Shown piece after piece: positions 17,665 through 26,659 of a stretch of DNA of 64,000 nt. Position 1 is the stretch's first letter; every line of letters starts with the position of its first letter. The translations under genes and the position numbers were made by a program. This DNA is from an uncultured Actinomycetes bacterium. GTDB taxonomy: Bacteria; Actinomycetota; Thermoleophilia; Gaiellales; Gaiellaceae. Location: the NCBI GenBank assembly GCA_963746895.1, contig CAVVDI010000012.1, positions 28,600 to 92,599 on the forward strand. The letters run 5' to 3'. The notes under the pieces were generated by a model. That model did no database searches. It was not told the origin of the DNA and saw nothing but the letters and a program-made list of their open reading frames with translations.

Positions 17665-19236
17665 TCAGACGAGGCCGCCGGTGTAGCGCCAGGGGCCCGA
17701 CTGGAACCGGATCCCGCGCTTGCGGCAGAACTCGCGCACCGAGTCGAGCAGGACGCCGCCGCCGCCGTACGCCTGCCGCCCGAGCAGGTCGAGCACCGCC
17801 ACCCCGGCGGGCGGGTCGCCGGCGAGCCCGAGCGTGAGCACGACGGTCTCCCCCTCGCCGGGATCGACGCCGCCGGCCGAGAGCCGCTCGACGAACAGCA
17901 CGCGCCCCGGGCCCTCCGGGCCGGTCAGCTCGACCCGCTCGACGCCGCCGCGGTCGACGTGGTCGGCGTCGACCCCGCGCAGGACGAGCAGCTCGTGCAG
18001 CTCGTGCAGCATGCGCCGGACGAGCGCGACCTGCCTCGGCCGCGTCATCGGCCGGCTGGCCGAACCGGCGACCTTCGCCGGGACGCCGACGACGAGCATC
18101 CCCGCCGGGACGTCCGAGACCACGTACGAGTTCGAGGCGACGATCGCCTCGCGCCCGACGCGCGAGCCGGCGTAGACGACCGCCCCGAGCCCGACCTGGG
18201 CGCGGTCCTCGACGACGATCCCGGCGAAGCGGTTCTCGAAGCCCTCGAGGACGGAGTGACCGATGTTGTGCGTGACGAGCATCGAGCGCATGGTCACGAA
18301 CGTCTCGGACCCGATCAGCACGGGCCGGCTGACGTTGACGAACACCTCGTCGCCGAGAAAGGCGAGGTCGCCGAGCACGAACGTCGCCCAGGGGTCGCGG
18401 TGGCCGCCGCCGGCGATCAGGAGGTTGGCGCCGGCCCAGACGCCGCTGCCGACGTACGCGCGCCGGCAGGCGAGCCGGAGCGAGGGGCCGAAGCGGCTGC
18501 CCGCCCCGATCGCGACCACCTCGGCGCACTCGACGCTGCCGCCGCGCTCGATCCGGACGCCGTCCTCGAGCACGATTCGCGCGGCGATCACGACGGTTCC
18601 CGCACCGAGGAGCACACCCTCGCCGATCCGCGCGCCCGCCTGCCGGTAGGCCTCGCACTTCTGCTCCGAGGACAGCGCGCCGAACGCGTCCGGATCGGCC
18701 CGGAGCGAGGCGAGGAAACCCTCGTCGACGGCACCCTCCCGCTCGTCGAGGCCGAACAGGGCCGGGAGCGTCACCTGCTCGGTCGAGAGCCCGGCGAGCA
18801 CCGGATCGAGCCCGCCCGGACGCTCGCCCGCCGCCGTGCGGATCATGGCCTCGACGTCGGCGGAGGTGACGAATCCCGACTTCTCGAGCTCGCTCAGGTC
18901 GAGGCCGTGGTGCGCCGCGAGCTCGGCGGCGCGGCGCGTGACGTTGCGCTGCGCCGGCCCGCTGGTGTCGGCCGGCTGCTCGACCCGCCGCTCCTCCGCC
19001 GCCGCGAGCTCGCCCTCGTTCTCCGCGACGACGGCGATCGTCGTGCCGAGCTCGACCTCGACTCCCTCGCCGACGAGCTGGACGAGGATGCCGTCGCCGG
19101 GAGCCTCGATCTCGATCGAGGCCTTCGACGTCTCCACGACGCAGAGCGGCCGGCCCTTCCTCACCCGCGCGAGGTCGTCCGCGATCCACTCGGAGAGAAG
19201 TGCCGACTCGCTGTTCGCGTCCTCGCGCGTGAGCAC
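17665..19236 (-). CDS. E2-like lipoyl-carrier / hexapeptide-repeat (LbH) acyltransferase fusion protein
   Basis: Four regions in order. A lipoyl-attachment domain (SEWIADDLARVRKGRPLCVVETSKASIEIEAPGDGILVQL). A peripheral-subunit-binding-like motif (TRRAAELAAHHGLDLSELEKSGFVTSADVEAMI). Long hexapeptide repeats (IGEGVLLGAGTVVIAARIVLEDGVRIERGGSV...VGLGAVVYAGSRVGREAIVASNSYVVSDVPAGMLVVGVPAKV). About 140 aa of unassigned C-terminus. The start is uncertain: GTG 19236, or a CTG a few codons upstream. Confidence 0.8.
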   Translation of the reverse strand: MLTREDANSESALLSEWIADDLARVRKGRPLCVVETSKASIEIEAPGDGILVQLVGEGVEVELGTTIAVVAENEGELAAAEERRVEQPADTSGPAQRNVTRRAAELAAHHGLDLSELEKSGFVTSADVEAMIRTAAGERPGGLDPVLAGLSTEQVTLPALFGLDEREGAVDEGFLASLRADPDAFGALSSEQKCEAYRQAGARIGEGVLLGAGTVVIAARIVLEDGVRIERGGSVECAEVVAIGAGSRFGPSLRLACRRAYVGSGVWAGANLLIAGGGHRDPWATFVLGDLAFLGDEVFVNVSRPVLIGSETFVTMRSMLVTHNIGHSVLEGFENRFAGIVVEDRAQVGLGAVVYAGSRVGREAIVASNSYVVSDVPAGMLVVGVPAKVAGSASRPMTRPRQVALVRRMLHELHELLVLRGVDADHVDRGGVERVELTGPEGPGRVLFVERLSAGGVDPGEGETVVLTLGLAGDPPAGVAVLDLLGRQAYGGGGVLLDSVREFCRKRGIRFQSGPWRYTGGLV

Positions 19237-19250
19237 GATCTCGAGCAGCG

Positions 19251-20297
19251 TCAGCTCCTCGCTCCCGCGAGCGCGGACACCGCCGCCACGACGTCGTCGA
19301 CCCCCGGCAGCGCCTCGTCCTCGAGCGCGCGGGCGGACGGGACGATCCCGTCGCGCGCGGCGACACGGCGCACCGGCCCGCGGAGGTCGTCCCACGCCTC
19401 GGCCTGGACCCGCGCCGCGATCTCGGCGCCGAGGCCCGCGGTGAGCGTGCCCTCCTCGATCGTGATCAGCCTGCCGGTGCGCGCAACCGACTCCAGCACG
19501 GGGTCGAGATCGAGCGGCAGCAGCTGCCCGAGCGCCACGACCTCGGTGAAGATCTCCTCCTCGAGGATGAGCGACGTCGCTGCCTCGAGCGCGATCGGGA
19601 GCATGCCCCCGTAGGTGACGAGCGTCGCCTCCGCACCCGAGAGCCCGTTGCCGGAGAAGGTCAGCGCCGGCCACGGCCCCTCGGTCTCGAGGCAGCGGAA
19701 CTCGTCCACGTGCCCGTTCACCGGCCGCCGCTCGAGCCGTCCGTACATGAGCTTGTTCTCGATGAAGAACACGGGGCGGTCGTCGTCGACCGCGGCGGCC
19801 AGCATCCCGCCGATGTCGTGGCACTCGCTCGGAGCCACGACGACGATCCCGGGCACGCCGAGCAGCAGCTTCTCGAGCGACTGGCTGTGCGTCGGGCCGT
19901 AGCCGCGGCGGCCGCCCATCGGGGTGCGCACGACGAGCGGGACGGTCGCCTGCTCGTCGAACATCTCACGGAACTTGGAGATCCCGTTCACGATCTGGTC
20001 GAAGCCCAGGGTGATGAAGTCGCCGAACATGATCTCGACGATCGGCCGGTAGCCGCGGAGCGCGAACCCGGCAGCCACCCCGAAGATCGAGGCCTCGCTC
20101 ACCGGCGTCGGCAGCACCCGGTCGGGCCACGCGGTGCTCAGCCCGGCGCTGGCCTTGAAGGCGCCGCCGTAGGGGTCGAGCAGGTCCTCGCCGATCAGGT
20201 AGACGTCGTCGCGCCGCTCGAAGATCTCGTGCAGGCCCGCGTTCAGCGCCTGCACGCAGCGTCTGGGAGGCTCGGTCGAGCCGACGCCGCCGCTCAC
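19251..20297 (-). CDS. TPP-dependent 2-oxoacid dehydrogenase E1 component, beta subunit
   Basis: 348 aa. Transketolase pyrimidine-binding and C-terminal pattern (IGEDLLDPYGGAFKASAGL...PVSEASIFGVAAGFALRGYRPIVEIMFGDF...VVRTPMGGRRGYGPTHSQS). GTG overlaps the E1 alpha stop (GTGA). Confidence 0.9.
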   Translation of the reverse strand: MSGGVGSTEPPRRCVQALNAGLHEIFERRDDVYLIGEDLLDPYGGAFKASAGLSTAWPDRVLPTPVSEASIFGVAAGFALRGYRPIVEIMFGDFITLGFDQIVNGISKFREMFDEQATVPLVVRTPMGGRRGYGPTHSQSLEKLLLGVPGIVVVAPSECHDIGGMLAAAVDDDRPVFFIENKLMYGRLERRPVNGHVDEFRCLETEGPWPALTFSGNGLSGAEATLVTYGGMLPIALEAATSLILEEEIFTEVVALGQLLPLDLDPVLESVARTGRLITIEEGTLTAGLGAEIAARVQAEAWDDLRGPVRRVAARDGIVPSARALEDEALPGVDDVVAAVSALAGARS

Positions 20298-21214
20298 GCC
20301 GCGACGCCGCCCGAGGCGACCGGAGCTGCCAGGGCCTCCTCGACGGCCGTCTCGAGCCGCCGCGCGACCTCCTGCTCGAGCTCCCGGCGCGCGTGCCGGT
20401 CGAGATCATCGCCGAGGACGGTGAGCGGGTCGCGTTCGCGGCGCGCCTCGATCTCGGCCGGGTCGCGGAAGTCGTCACCCTTGCTGTGGGGCGCGAAGCG
20501 GTAGGTGTCGAGCACGAGGAAGAAGGGCTTGCCGGTGTTCCGGACGTGGCGGACGGCCCGCTCGGCGGCGTCCCGGATCTCGGTCACGTCGGTCGAGTCG
20601 AGCCGCCCCGTCGCGATCCCGAAGGCGGCCGCGCGCGCCTCGACGTCGCCCGCCAGCTGGAGGCTCGACGGCGTCGACTGCGCGTAGCCGTTGTGCTCGA
20701 CGACCACGAGCAGCGGCAGGTCCCAGAGCGCGCTCAGGTTCAGGCTCTCGTACACGACGCCCTGGCCGAGGGTCCCGTCGCCGATGAAGACGGTCGCGAT
20801 CCCTCCCTCGCCCTTCTCGCGCTGCGCGAGCGCGATCCCGGCGGCGAGCGGCACGGTGCTGCCGAGAACGCCGTTCGAGTAGAAGTTGTCGGCGCAGAGG
20901 TGCTGGCTGCCGCCCTTGCCGCCGCAGACGCCTCCCTCGCGGCCGAGCACCTCCCGCAGCAGCCCGTCGACGTCGCCGGTCAGCGCGAGGTAGTGCCCGT
21001 GACAGCGGTGGTTCGAGACGACGACGTCCCGGTCGGCGTCGAGGCAGGCGACGACGCCGACGGCGTTCGCCTCCTGGCCGATGCAGGTGTGGGTCGTCCC
21101 CGACATCTTCCCGGCGGAGAAGAGGTGGAGCAGGGTCTCCTCGAAGCGCCGGATCATGAACATCGCGGCGTAGAAGCCGTGAACGGCCGTGTGGACGGTG
21201 TGCGCTTCCAGCAT
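20294..21214 (-). CDS. TPP-dependent 2-oxoacid dehydrogenase E1 component, alpha subunit
   Basis: TPP-binding motif FIGDGTLGQGVVYESLNLSALWDLPLLVVVEHNGYAQSTP. The likely start is ATG 21214 (MLEAHTVH) with GGGGAGA upstream. The tracked ORF begins 14 codons earlier. Confidence 0.9.
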   Translation of the reverse strand: MLEAHTVHTAVHGFYAAMFMIRRFEETLLHLFSAGKMSGTTHTCIGQEANAVGVVACLDADRDVVVSNHRCHGHYLALTGDVDGLLREVLGREGGVCGGKGGSQHLCADNFYSNGVLGSTVPLAAGIALAQREKGEGGIATVFIGDGTLGQGVVYESLNLSALWDLPLLVVVEHNGYAQSTPSSLQLAGDVEARAAAFGIATGRLDSTDVTEIRDAAERAVRHVRNTGKPFFLVLDTYRFAPHSKGDDFRDPAEIEARRERDPLTVLGDDLDRHARRELEQEVARRLETAVEEALAAPVASGGVAA

Positions 21215-21308
21215 CGGTTCTCCCCAACTCCCGCCTACGCATGCGTGCGCGCGCATGCGCAGCGGGATGCGATCGAGCGAATCCTAATCGAGGCTGCGGC
21301 CGCCGCGG

Positions 21309-22505
21309 CTACAGATAGCCGAGATCGGCCAGGCGGGACTCCACCGCGGCGGCGTCGCCGGCGCTCAGCTCCGTCTGCTCGATCGTCTCGAGCTCCGCGT
21401 ACAGCCGCTCGCGCAGGTCGGGAGGCGCCTCGTCGGGAACGCTCCTCCGCTCGCGCGGGTCGAGGTCGAGCCGGTAGGCCTCCTCCGTCCCGGACTCGAC
21501 GTGGACGAGGAGCTTCCAGGGCGGCTGCCGCAGCGCGAGCTGGGAGACGCGCCCGCCGTCGGTGCCGACGATCCACACGGGACGGTCGCCCCGCTCCGTC
21601 CCGTCGAGGAGCGGCAGCACGGAGGAGCCGTCGACGCCCTCGAGCGGCGCTCCGCCGAGATCGAGCAGCGTCGGCGTCAGGTCGACGAGGCTCACCTGCT
21701 CCGCGACGACGGCGCCCGGCTCGATCCGCCCCGGCGCGGAGAGGAGCAGCGGCACCTCGACGATCTCCTCGAAGAGCGTGGCGCCGTGCATGTGGTAGGT
21801 GCCCTTGACGGCCTGCTTGTCGGGGAAGCGCTCGCCCCAGGACTCGCCGTGGTCGCTGAGGAACGCGATCGCCGTCTCCTCGCGCAGGCCGAGCGCGTCG
21901 AGCTCGCCGAGGAAGCCGGCGAGGAGCTGCTCGGAGGAGCGCTCGACCGCCTGCGCGTACGACTCGCGGAGGGCATCGAGCGCGGCGGCGCTGTCGGACT
22001 GGATCCCGCTCATGATCGCCTGCTTCGCCGCGAGCCACTCCCTGCGCTCCGCGTGCTGCACGTCGTAGGGCATGTGCGTCGCCCAGCTGTGGAACCAGAG
22101 GAGGAACGGCCGGTCGCGGTGCGCGCGCAGCCACTCGACGGCGCCGTCGAGCGTCTCGCTCGTGCCGGCGACGTTCGCGTCGGGGAAGCCCTTGAACAGG
22201 TAGCTCTCGTCGAAGACGAAGCTGCCGGTCGCGTAGCCGTGGGCGGCCGCGACGGAGAAGAGCGTCGGCAGCGCCGGGTCGAGCTGCGCGTCCCAGTGCA
22301 GGAAGCCGTGGTGGTGCGGGTAGAGGCCGGTGATCATCGAGGTGGTCGACGGGCACGTCCACGGCGCGGCCGCGACGGCCTGGTCGAAGCGGGCGCCGCT
22401 CGCGGCGAGCCCGTCGATCGTCGGCGTGCGGACGCGCCGTGCGCCGTAGCAGCCGACGTGGTCGGTGCGGAGAGCATCCGAGACGTAGACGATCAGGTTC
22501 CTCAT
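21309..22505 (-). CDS. sulfatase-fold (alkaline phosphatase superfamily) enzyme lacking the Cys-x-Pro-x-Arg sulfatase signature
   Basis: Real start is ATG 22505 (MRNLIVYVSDALRTDHVGCYG), overlapping the upstream stop (ATGA). The sulfatase N-terminal metal/nucleophile region reads AAPWTCPSTTSMITGLYP, and FLSDHGESWGE is also present. No signal peptide. Confidence 0.8.
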   Translation of the reverse strand: MRNLIVYVSDALRTDHVGCYGARRVRTPTIDGLAASGARFDQAVAAAPWTCPSTTSMITGLYPHHHGFLHWDAQLDPALPTLFSVAAAHGYATGSFVFDESYLFKGFPDANVAGTSETLDGAVEWLRAHRDRPFLLWFHSWATHMPYDVQHAERREWLAAKQAIMSGIQSDSAAALDALRESYAQAVERSSEQLLAGFLGELDALGLREETAIAFLSDHGESWGERFPDKQAVKGTYHMHGATLFEEIVEVPLLLSAPGRIEPGAVVAEQVSLVDLTPTLLDLGGAPLEGVDGSSVLPLLDGTERGDRPVWIVGTDGGRVSQLALRQPPWKLLVHVESGTEEAYRLDLDPRERRSVPDEAPPDLRERLYAELETIEQTELSAGDAAAVESRLADLGYL

Positions 22506-23887
22506 GCCGCCGCCAGCTCCGCAGCGAGGCTGCGCCCGCGCATGTCGTCGGGGACGGGGAGCCCGAGCAGATCGAGCACGGTCGGCGCGACGTCGAGCAG
22601 GTGCGCGTCGTGCACGCCGCGCGCGCCGACGCCCGCGCCGGCGGCGATCCAGAGCCCGTCCTGGGCGTGGTTCGCGTCGTCGGGGCCGGTGTCGTTCTCG
22701 AAGGTGTGGACGCCCTCGTCGCCGCCGATCGTCCCGACCGAGCGCCAGAGGAGGTCGCCGAAGATCACGATCAGGTCGGGCGCGACGCCCTCGACCTCGT
22801 CGTAGAGCTCCTCCGGCTTGTAGACGCGCGTGCCGATCGGATCGCCGTGCTCGTCGGGGATCGCGGCGAGCCGCCGCGCGAGGTCGTCTCGAACGCGCTC
22901 GTAGTCGGCGGCCGGGATCGTCCCCTGCGGCTCGCGCCCCTCGACGTTGAGGAAGACGCGCGCGTAGTAGCCGCCCTCGCCCCACGCGGTCGTGCGCGCC
23001 CAGTCGATGCCGACGTCGCGCGGCGAGCAGACGTCGTCCGGCTCCCGCTCGGTCGCGAGCAGGCCTTCCAGCCGCAGCCACTCGTTGACGCGGATGCCGC
23101 CCTCGAGCCGCTTCGCGCCGTGGTCGGAGACGACGAGCACGAGCGTCTCGTCGTCGACGTGGCGGAGCAGCTTCGCGATCAGTCCGTCGACGTGCTCGTA
23201 GTAGTCGCGGATCGCGTGCTCGTACGGGTTTCCCTCCTCGTGCTTGCGGTGCGCCGCGTCCATGTGCTTCCAGAAGCCGTGGTGGATCCGGTCGGTGCCC
23301 ATCTCGACCATCGCGAACAGCTGCCACGGCTTCGCCTCGGCCAGGTGCTCGGCGAGCCGGAAGCGCGTGTCCGTCATCTCGTAGACCTGGCGCAGCAGGT
23401 CGTCCTTGTCCTCGGTGCGGAAGTTCGTGCAGTCGAAGAGGTAGTCGCCGCCGACGACCTCGCGGATCTCGTCGCGCAGGGCCGGCGGATACGTGTAGCG
23501 GCTCTCGAGCGACGGCGTGAGGAAGCAGCCGACCATCGCGCCGCGCAGCGGGCGAGGCGGAAAGGTGCCGGGCACGCCGAGCACCACCGAGCTGCCGCCG
23601 CCGCGCCCGACGAGGTCCCAGAGCCGCGGCGCGCGGATCGCCGTGCCGTCGGCGATGAAGTTCCCCTCGTAGGTGTGGTCGGCCCGGTTGCGGAAGCCGT
23701 AGACGCCGAGGTCGCCGGGCGTGCGGCTCGACATCATGCAGGACCAGGCGGGCACGGTGATCGGCGGGATCACGGACGTCAGACGCCCGTGGACGCCGTT
23801 CTCCGCGAGCCCCGTGAGCGTCGGCAGCCGGTCGCGCCAGCGCTCGAACACGAGCGACGGCTCGGCACAGTCGAGCCCCACGATCAT
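22502..23887 (-). CDS. alkaline-phosphatase-superfamily phosphodiesterase/pyrophosphatase-like protein (COG3379-type)
   Basis: Real start is ATG 23887 (MIVGLDCAEPSLVFERW). NPP-type nucleophile region IPPITVPAWSCMMSSRTPGDLGVYG, plus VVSDHGAKR. No signal peptide. The long N-terminal extension in the track is artefact. Confidence 0.8.
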   Translation of the reverse strand: MIVGLDCAEPSLVFERWRDRLPTLTGLAENGVHGRLTSVIPPITVPAWSCMMSSRTPGDLGVYGFRNRADHTYEGNFIADGTAIRAPRLWDLVGRGGGSSVVLGVPGTFPPRPLRGAMVGCFLTPSLESRYTYPPALRDEIREVVGGDYLFDCTNFRTEDKDDLLRQVYEMTDTRFRLAEHLAEAKPWQLFAMVEMGTDRIHHGFWKHMDAAHRKHEEGNPYEHAIRDYYEHVDGLIAKLLRHVDDETLVLVVSDHGAKRLEGGIRVNEWLRLEGLLATEREPDDVCSPRDVGIDWARTTAWGEGGYYARVFLNVEGREPQGTIPAADYERVRDDLARRLAAIPDEHGDPIGTRVYKPEELYDEVEGVAPDLIVIFGDLLWRSVGTIGGDEGVHTFENDTGPDDANHAQDGLWIAAGAGVGARGVHDAHLLDVAPTVLDLLGLPVPDDMRGRSLAAELAAA

Positions 23888-23928
23888 CACCCTGCGTGCG
23901 GCGGCCCCCTCCCCCACGGGAGCCAACT

Positions 23929-24228
23929 CTAGTGGCTCGCGCCGCCGCCTTCCGCCGCCGCCGCGTCGACGAAGGCGAGCTGGAGGTTGGCGACGACCTG
24001 CTGCACGTCCCGGCGGCCGTCCTCCGGGAGCAGGGGCGCGAGGGCCTTCAGCCCCTCGATCGCGAGCCGCGCCTGCTCGAGGTCGCGAACCTCCGGCGCG
24101 AGCTTCCCGTAGCCGAGCGAGGCGAGCAGCGAGCACGTGTGCGCGAGCAGAGCGGAGACGTCGACCTTCTGCAGCTCCTCGAGGAGCTGCTCCGGCGTGG
24201 GCATCCCCTCAGCTTCGGACCCGGTCAT
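23929..24228 (-). CDS. small acidic protein, possibly DUF1844-like
   Basis: About 99 aa (MTGSEAEGMPTPEQLLEELQKVDVSALLAHTCSLLASLGYGKLAPE...). An alternative ATG lies at 24204. The family call is tentative. Confidence 0.45.
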   Translation of the reverse strand: MTGSEAEGMPTPEQLLEELQKVDVSALLAHTCSLLASLGYGKLAPEVRDLEQARLAIEGLKALAPLLPEDGRRDVQQVVANLQLAFVDAAAAEGGGASH

Positions 24229-25366
24229 CCCAGCGCACCTGCTCGGCGAAGATCTGCTCCATGGTCGCGCCCTCCTCGTGGCGGGCGATCTGGCGCTCGG
24301 CCGCGTTCCGCTCCGGGACGGCGAGCCATTCGGCGGCACCGAGCTCCTCGGCGACCGGCCGCACCCACTCGAGCAGCTGCTCCAGCCGCGCCCGCGCCGG
24401 CACCACCTCCAGCCGCTCGAGGTCGATCAGCTCGCCCGCAAGACCCCAGCGGATCGCGCGCCAGAGGTTCTCCTCGAGCAGCCGGTTCGGGGGGTCTGGC
24501 AGCGCCTCGCCCTCGTCGAGCGCGCGCGCGATGCGGGCGGTGAGCGCGTAGCAGAGCGCCGCGAGGGAGCGCGCCTCGCCGACATCGGGCTGCGAGTCGC
24601 AGATCCGGATCTCGACGGTCGGGAAGGCGAGGTGCGCGCGCACGCTCCACCAGATCTGCGTGTGCTCGGCGATCGAGCCCGTCTCGTAGAGGAGGCGCAC
24701 ATAGCGCTCCCACTCGTCCCAGCCCGCGAAGGAGTCGGGGATGCCGCAGCGCGGGAACATGCGCGTGAAGATCTGCGTCCGCGCCGAATGGAGGTGCGTG
24801 AAGACGCCCTCGACGAACGGCGAGCTGGCAGAGAGCGCGAGCAGCTCCGGGAGGTAGGCGCGCAGCGCGCTGCAGACGCGGATCGCGCGGTCGGGGCCGT
24901 TCACGCCGACGTGGACGTGCAGGCCGAAGGTGTTGTTGCGCCAGACGACGTAGCGGAGAAGCTCGTCGTTGCGGCGGTAGTGCGGCGTGTCGATGATCCG
25001 CTGCTCCTGCCACGGGCTCCAGGGATGCGTCCCGACCGCGGAGAGCCCGATCCCGAGCCCGTCCGCGAGGCCCCGCAGCTGCTCCCGCCGTTCGCCCACC
25101 CGGGCCGCGGCCTCGGCGAACGTGTCGCAGCGGCCGGTGCGCACCTCGACCTCGGAGGCGATCAGCTCGCCGACGAGGTGCGGCTCGAGCTCCGTCCCCC
25201 GGGCGGCGAGCTGCAGCTCCTCGAAGCGGTTGACGAGGCCGAGCGTGCCGGGATCGAGGAGCGCGAACTCCTCCTCGACCGCGACGGTGAAGTCGGTGAC
25301 CTGCTCGAACGCGGCGCGCGACCGCTCGAGCAGCTCCTCGTAGCCCACCTTCTGCTCCTCGCCCAT
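24209..25366 (-). CDS. carboxylate-amine ligase, YbdK / glutamate-cysteine ligase family 2
   Basis: 385 aa from ATG 25366. Typical GCS2 blocks are present: TVAVEEEFALLDP, ELIASEVEVRTG, GTHPWSPW, FGLHVHVG and SASSPF...TQIF. Confidence 0.9.
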   Translation of the reverse strand: MGEEQKVGYEELLERSRAAFEQVTDFTVAVEEEFALLDPGTLGLVNRFEELQLAARGTELEPHLVGELIASEVEVRTGRCDTFAEAAARVGERREQLRGLADGLGIGLSAVGTHPWSPWQEQRIIDTPHYRRNDELLRYVVWRNNTFGLHVHVGVNGPDRAIRVCSALRAYLPELLALSASSPFVEGVFTHLHSARTQIFTRMFPRCGIPDSFAGWDEWERYVRLLYETGSIAEHTQIWWSVRAHLAFPTVEIRICDSQPDVGEARSLAALCYALTARIARALDEGEALPDPPNRLLEENLWRAIRWGLAGELIDLERLEVVPARARLEQLLEWVRPVAEELGAAEWLAVPERNAAERQIARHEEGATMEQIFAEQVRWDDRVRS

Positions 25367-25413
25367 TCGGAAAGCGTACTCAGCCGCGAGAGGGCAGGCC
25401 CGTCGCCACCTCG

Positions 25414-26649
25414 CTAGCCGAGCAGGCGCGCGGCGACGGCGGCCCAGCTCCAGCGCCGCTCGACTGCCCGGCGGGCGGCGAGCCCCAGGGCGCGGCGCTC
25501 CTCCCGGGGCAGCGCGAGCAGCTCGGCGAGCCGCTCCCGCAGCGCGATCGCGTCCCCGGTCGGGAAGGAGACGAGCCGCGCCGCACCGGACGGGTACTCG
25601 GCCGCGATCCCGGCGGCGACCTCGGCCAGCCCCGAATGGTTCGCGACGAGCGGCGGCACCCCGGCCGCAGCCGCCTCGGCCGCGACCATCCCGAAGGCCT
25701 CCGGGAAGATCGAGGGCACGACGGCGACGTCGCAGAGCGGCAGCAGGTGCACGAGATGGCGGTGCTCGAGCGGGCCGGGGAACAGCGTGCCGGCCGGCGC
25801 CTCCGCCTCGAGCGCCCCGCGGAAGTCGCCGAACCCGACCACGACGGCCCGCGCGTCGAGGCCGCGCAGCGCCTCGAGGAGCACCTGGACGCCCTTGTTC
25901 TCGATCAGCTTCCCGAAGTAGACGACAGTCGGCCGCTCGTCGCCGAAGAAGTCGGCGAACCGCTGCACGTTGCCCTCGTCCGGCTGCCGCTCCTCGGTGT
26001 TGCCGGGGTTGGGCGGATCGTTCCGCGCCTCGACGAGCAGCGAGGCGAGCGCCTGCGCCCGCGGCTCGGGACGGAACTCCCCTGGGTCGACGCCCGGCGG
26101 GACGGTGTGGACGCGGTCGACGTGGCCGACGACGTCCTCGAGCACCTCGCGGATGTGCTCGGAGCCCACGTACACCGCGTGCGCACGGGCCAGCGACTCC
26201 GCGCCCCAGGCTCGCAGCTCCGCGTTGCCGCGCATCGAGTACTCGAGCTCGGAGCCGTGCGCCTTGACGGCGAAGCGGGCCCCGGTCGCCGCGCCGACCG
26301 GACCGCCGAGGAGGACGTGGTTCGCGAAGACCAGGTCGGCGGGGAGCAGCTCCCGCAGCGCAGCGGCGTTCGCCTCGACGTAGGCCGCCCGCTGGGCCCG
26401 GGTGAGGTCCTGCAGCAGGCGCGGCTCGAGGCCCTCGTAGCGGTCGAGCACGAAGACGGGCAGCAGGCGCTCCGGCAGCTCGGGAACGACGACGCGCGCG
26501 CGCCCGAGGTCGAAGCGCTCGGGGTGACGCTCCTGGCAGACCACCGTCACGTCGTGCCCGGCGAGGCTCCATTCCCGCGCGAGCGCGCGCGTGTAGACGT
26601 TCGAGCCGGTGCCCCCGAGCAGGTAGCCGTGCCAGATCAGGATCCGCAC
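25414..26649 (-). CDS. glycosyltransferase, GT4 (GT-B fold) family
   Basis: 411 aa. N-terminal MRILIWHGYLLGGTGSNVYTRALAREW. C-terminal EX7E-like region [33 protein letters not shown]. Confidence 0.85.
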   Translation of the reverse strand: MRILIWHGYLLGGTGSNVYTRALAREWSLAGHDVTVVCQERHPERFDLGRARVVVPELPERLLPVFVLDRYEGLEPRLLQDLTRAQRAAYVEANAAALRELLPADLVFANHVLLGGPVGAATGARFAVKAHGSELEYSMRGNAELRAWGAESLARAHAVYVGSEHIREVLEDVVGHVDRVHTVPPGVDPGEFRPEPRAQALASLLVEARNDPPNPGNTEERQPDEGNVQRFADFFGDERPTVVYFGKLIENKGVQVLLEALRGLDARAVVVGFGDFRGALEAEAPAGTLFPGPLEHRHLVHLLPLCDVAVVPSIFPEAFGMVAAEAAAAGVPPLVANHSGLAEVAAGIAAEYPSGAARLVSFPTGDAIALRERLAELLALPREERRALGLAARRAVERRWSWAAVAARLLG

Positions 26650-26659
26650 GCGGCGGAGG

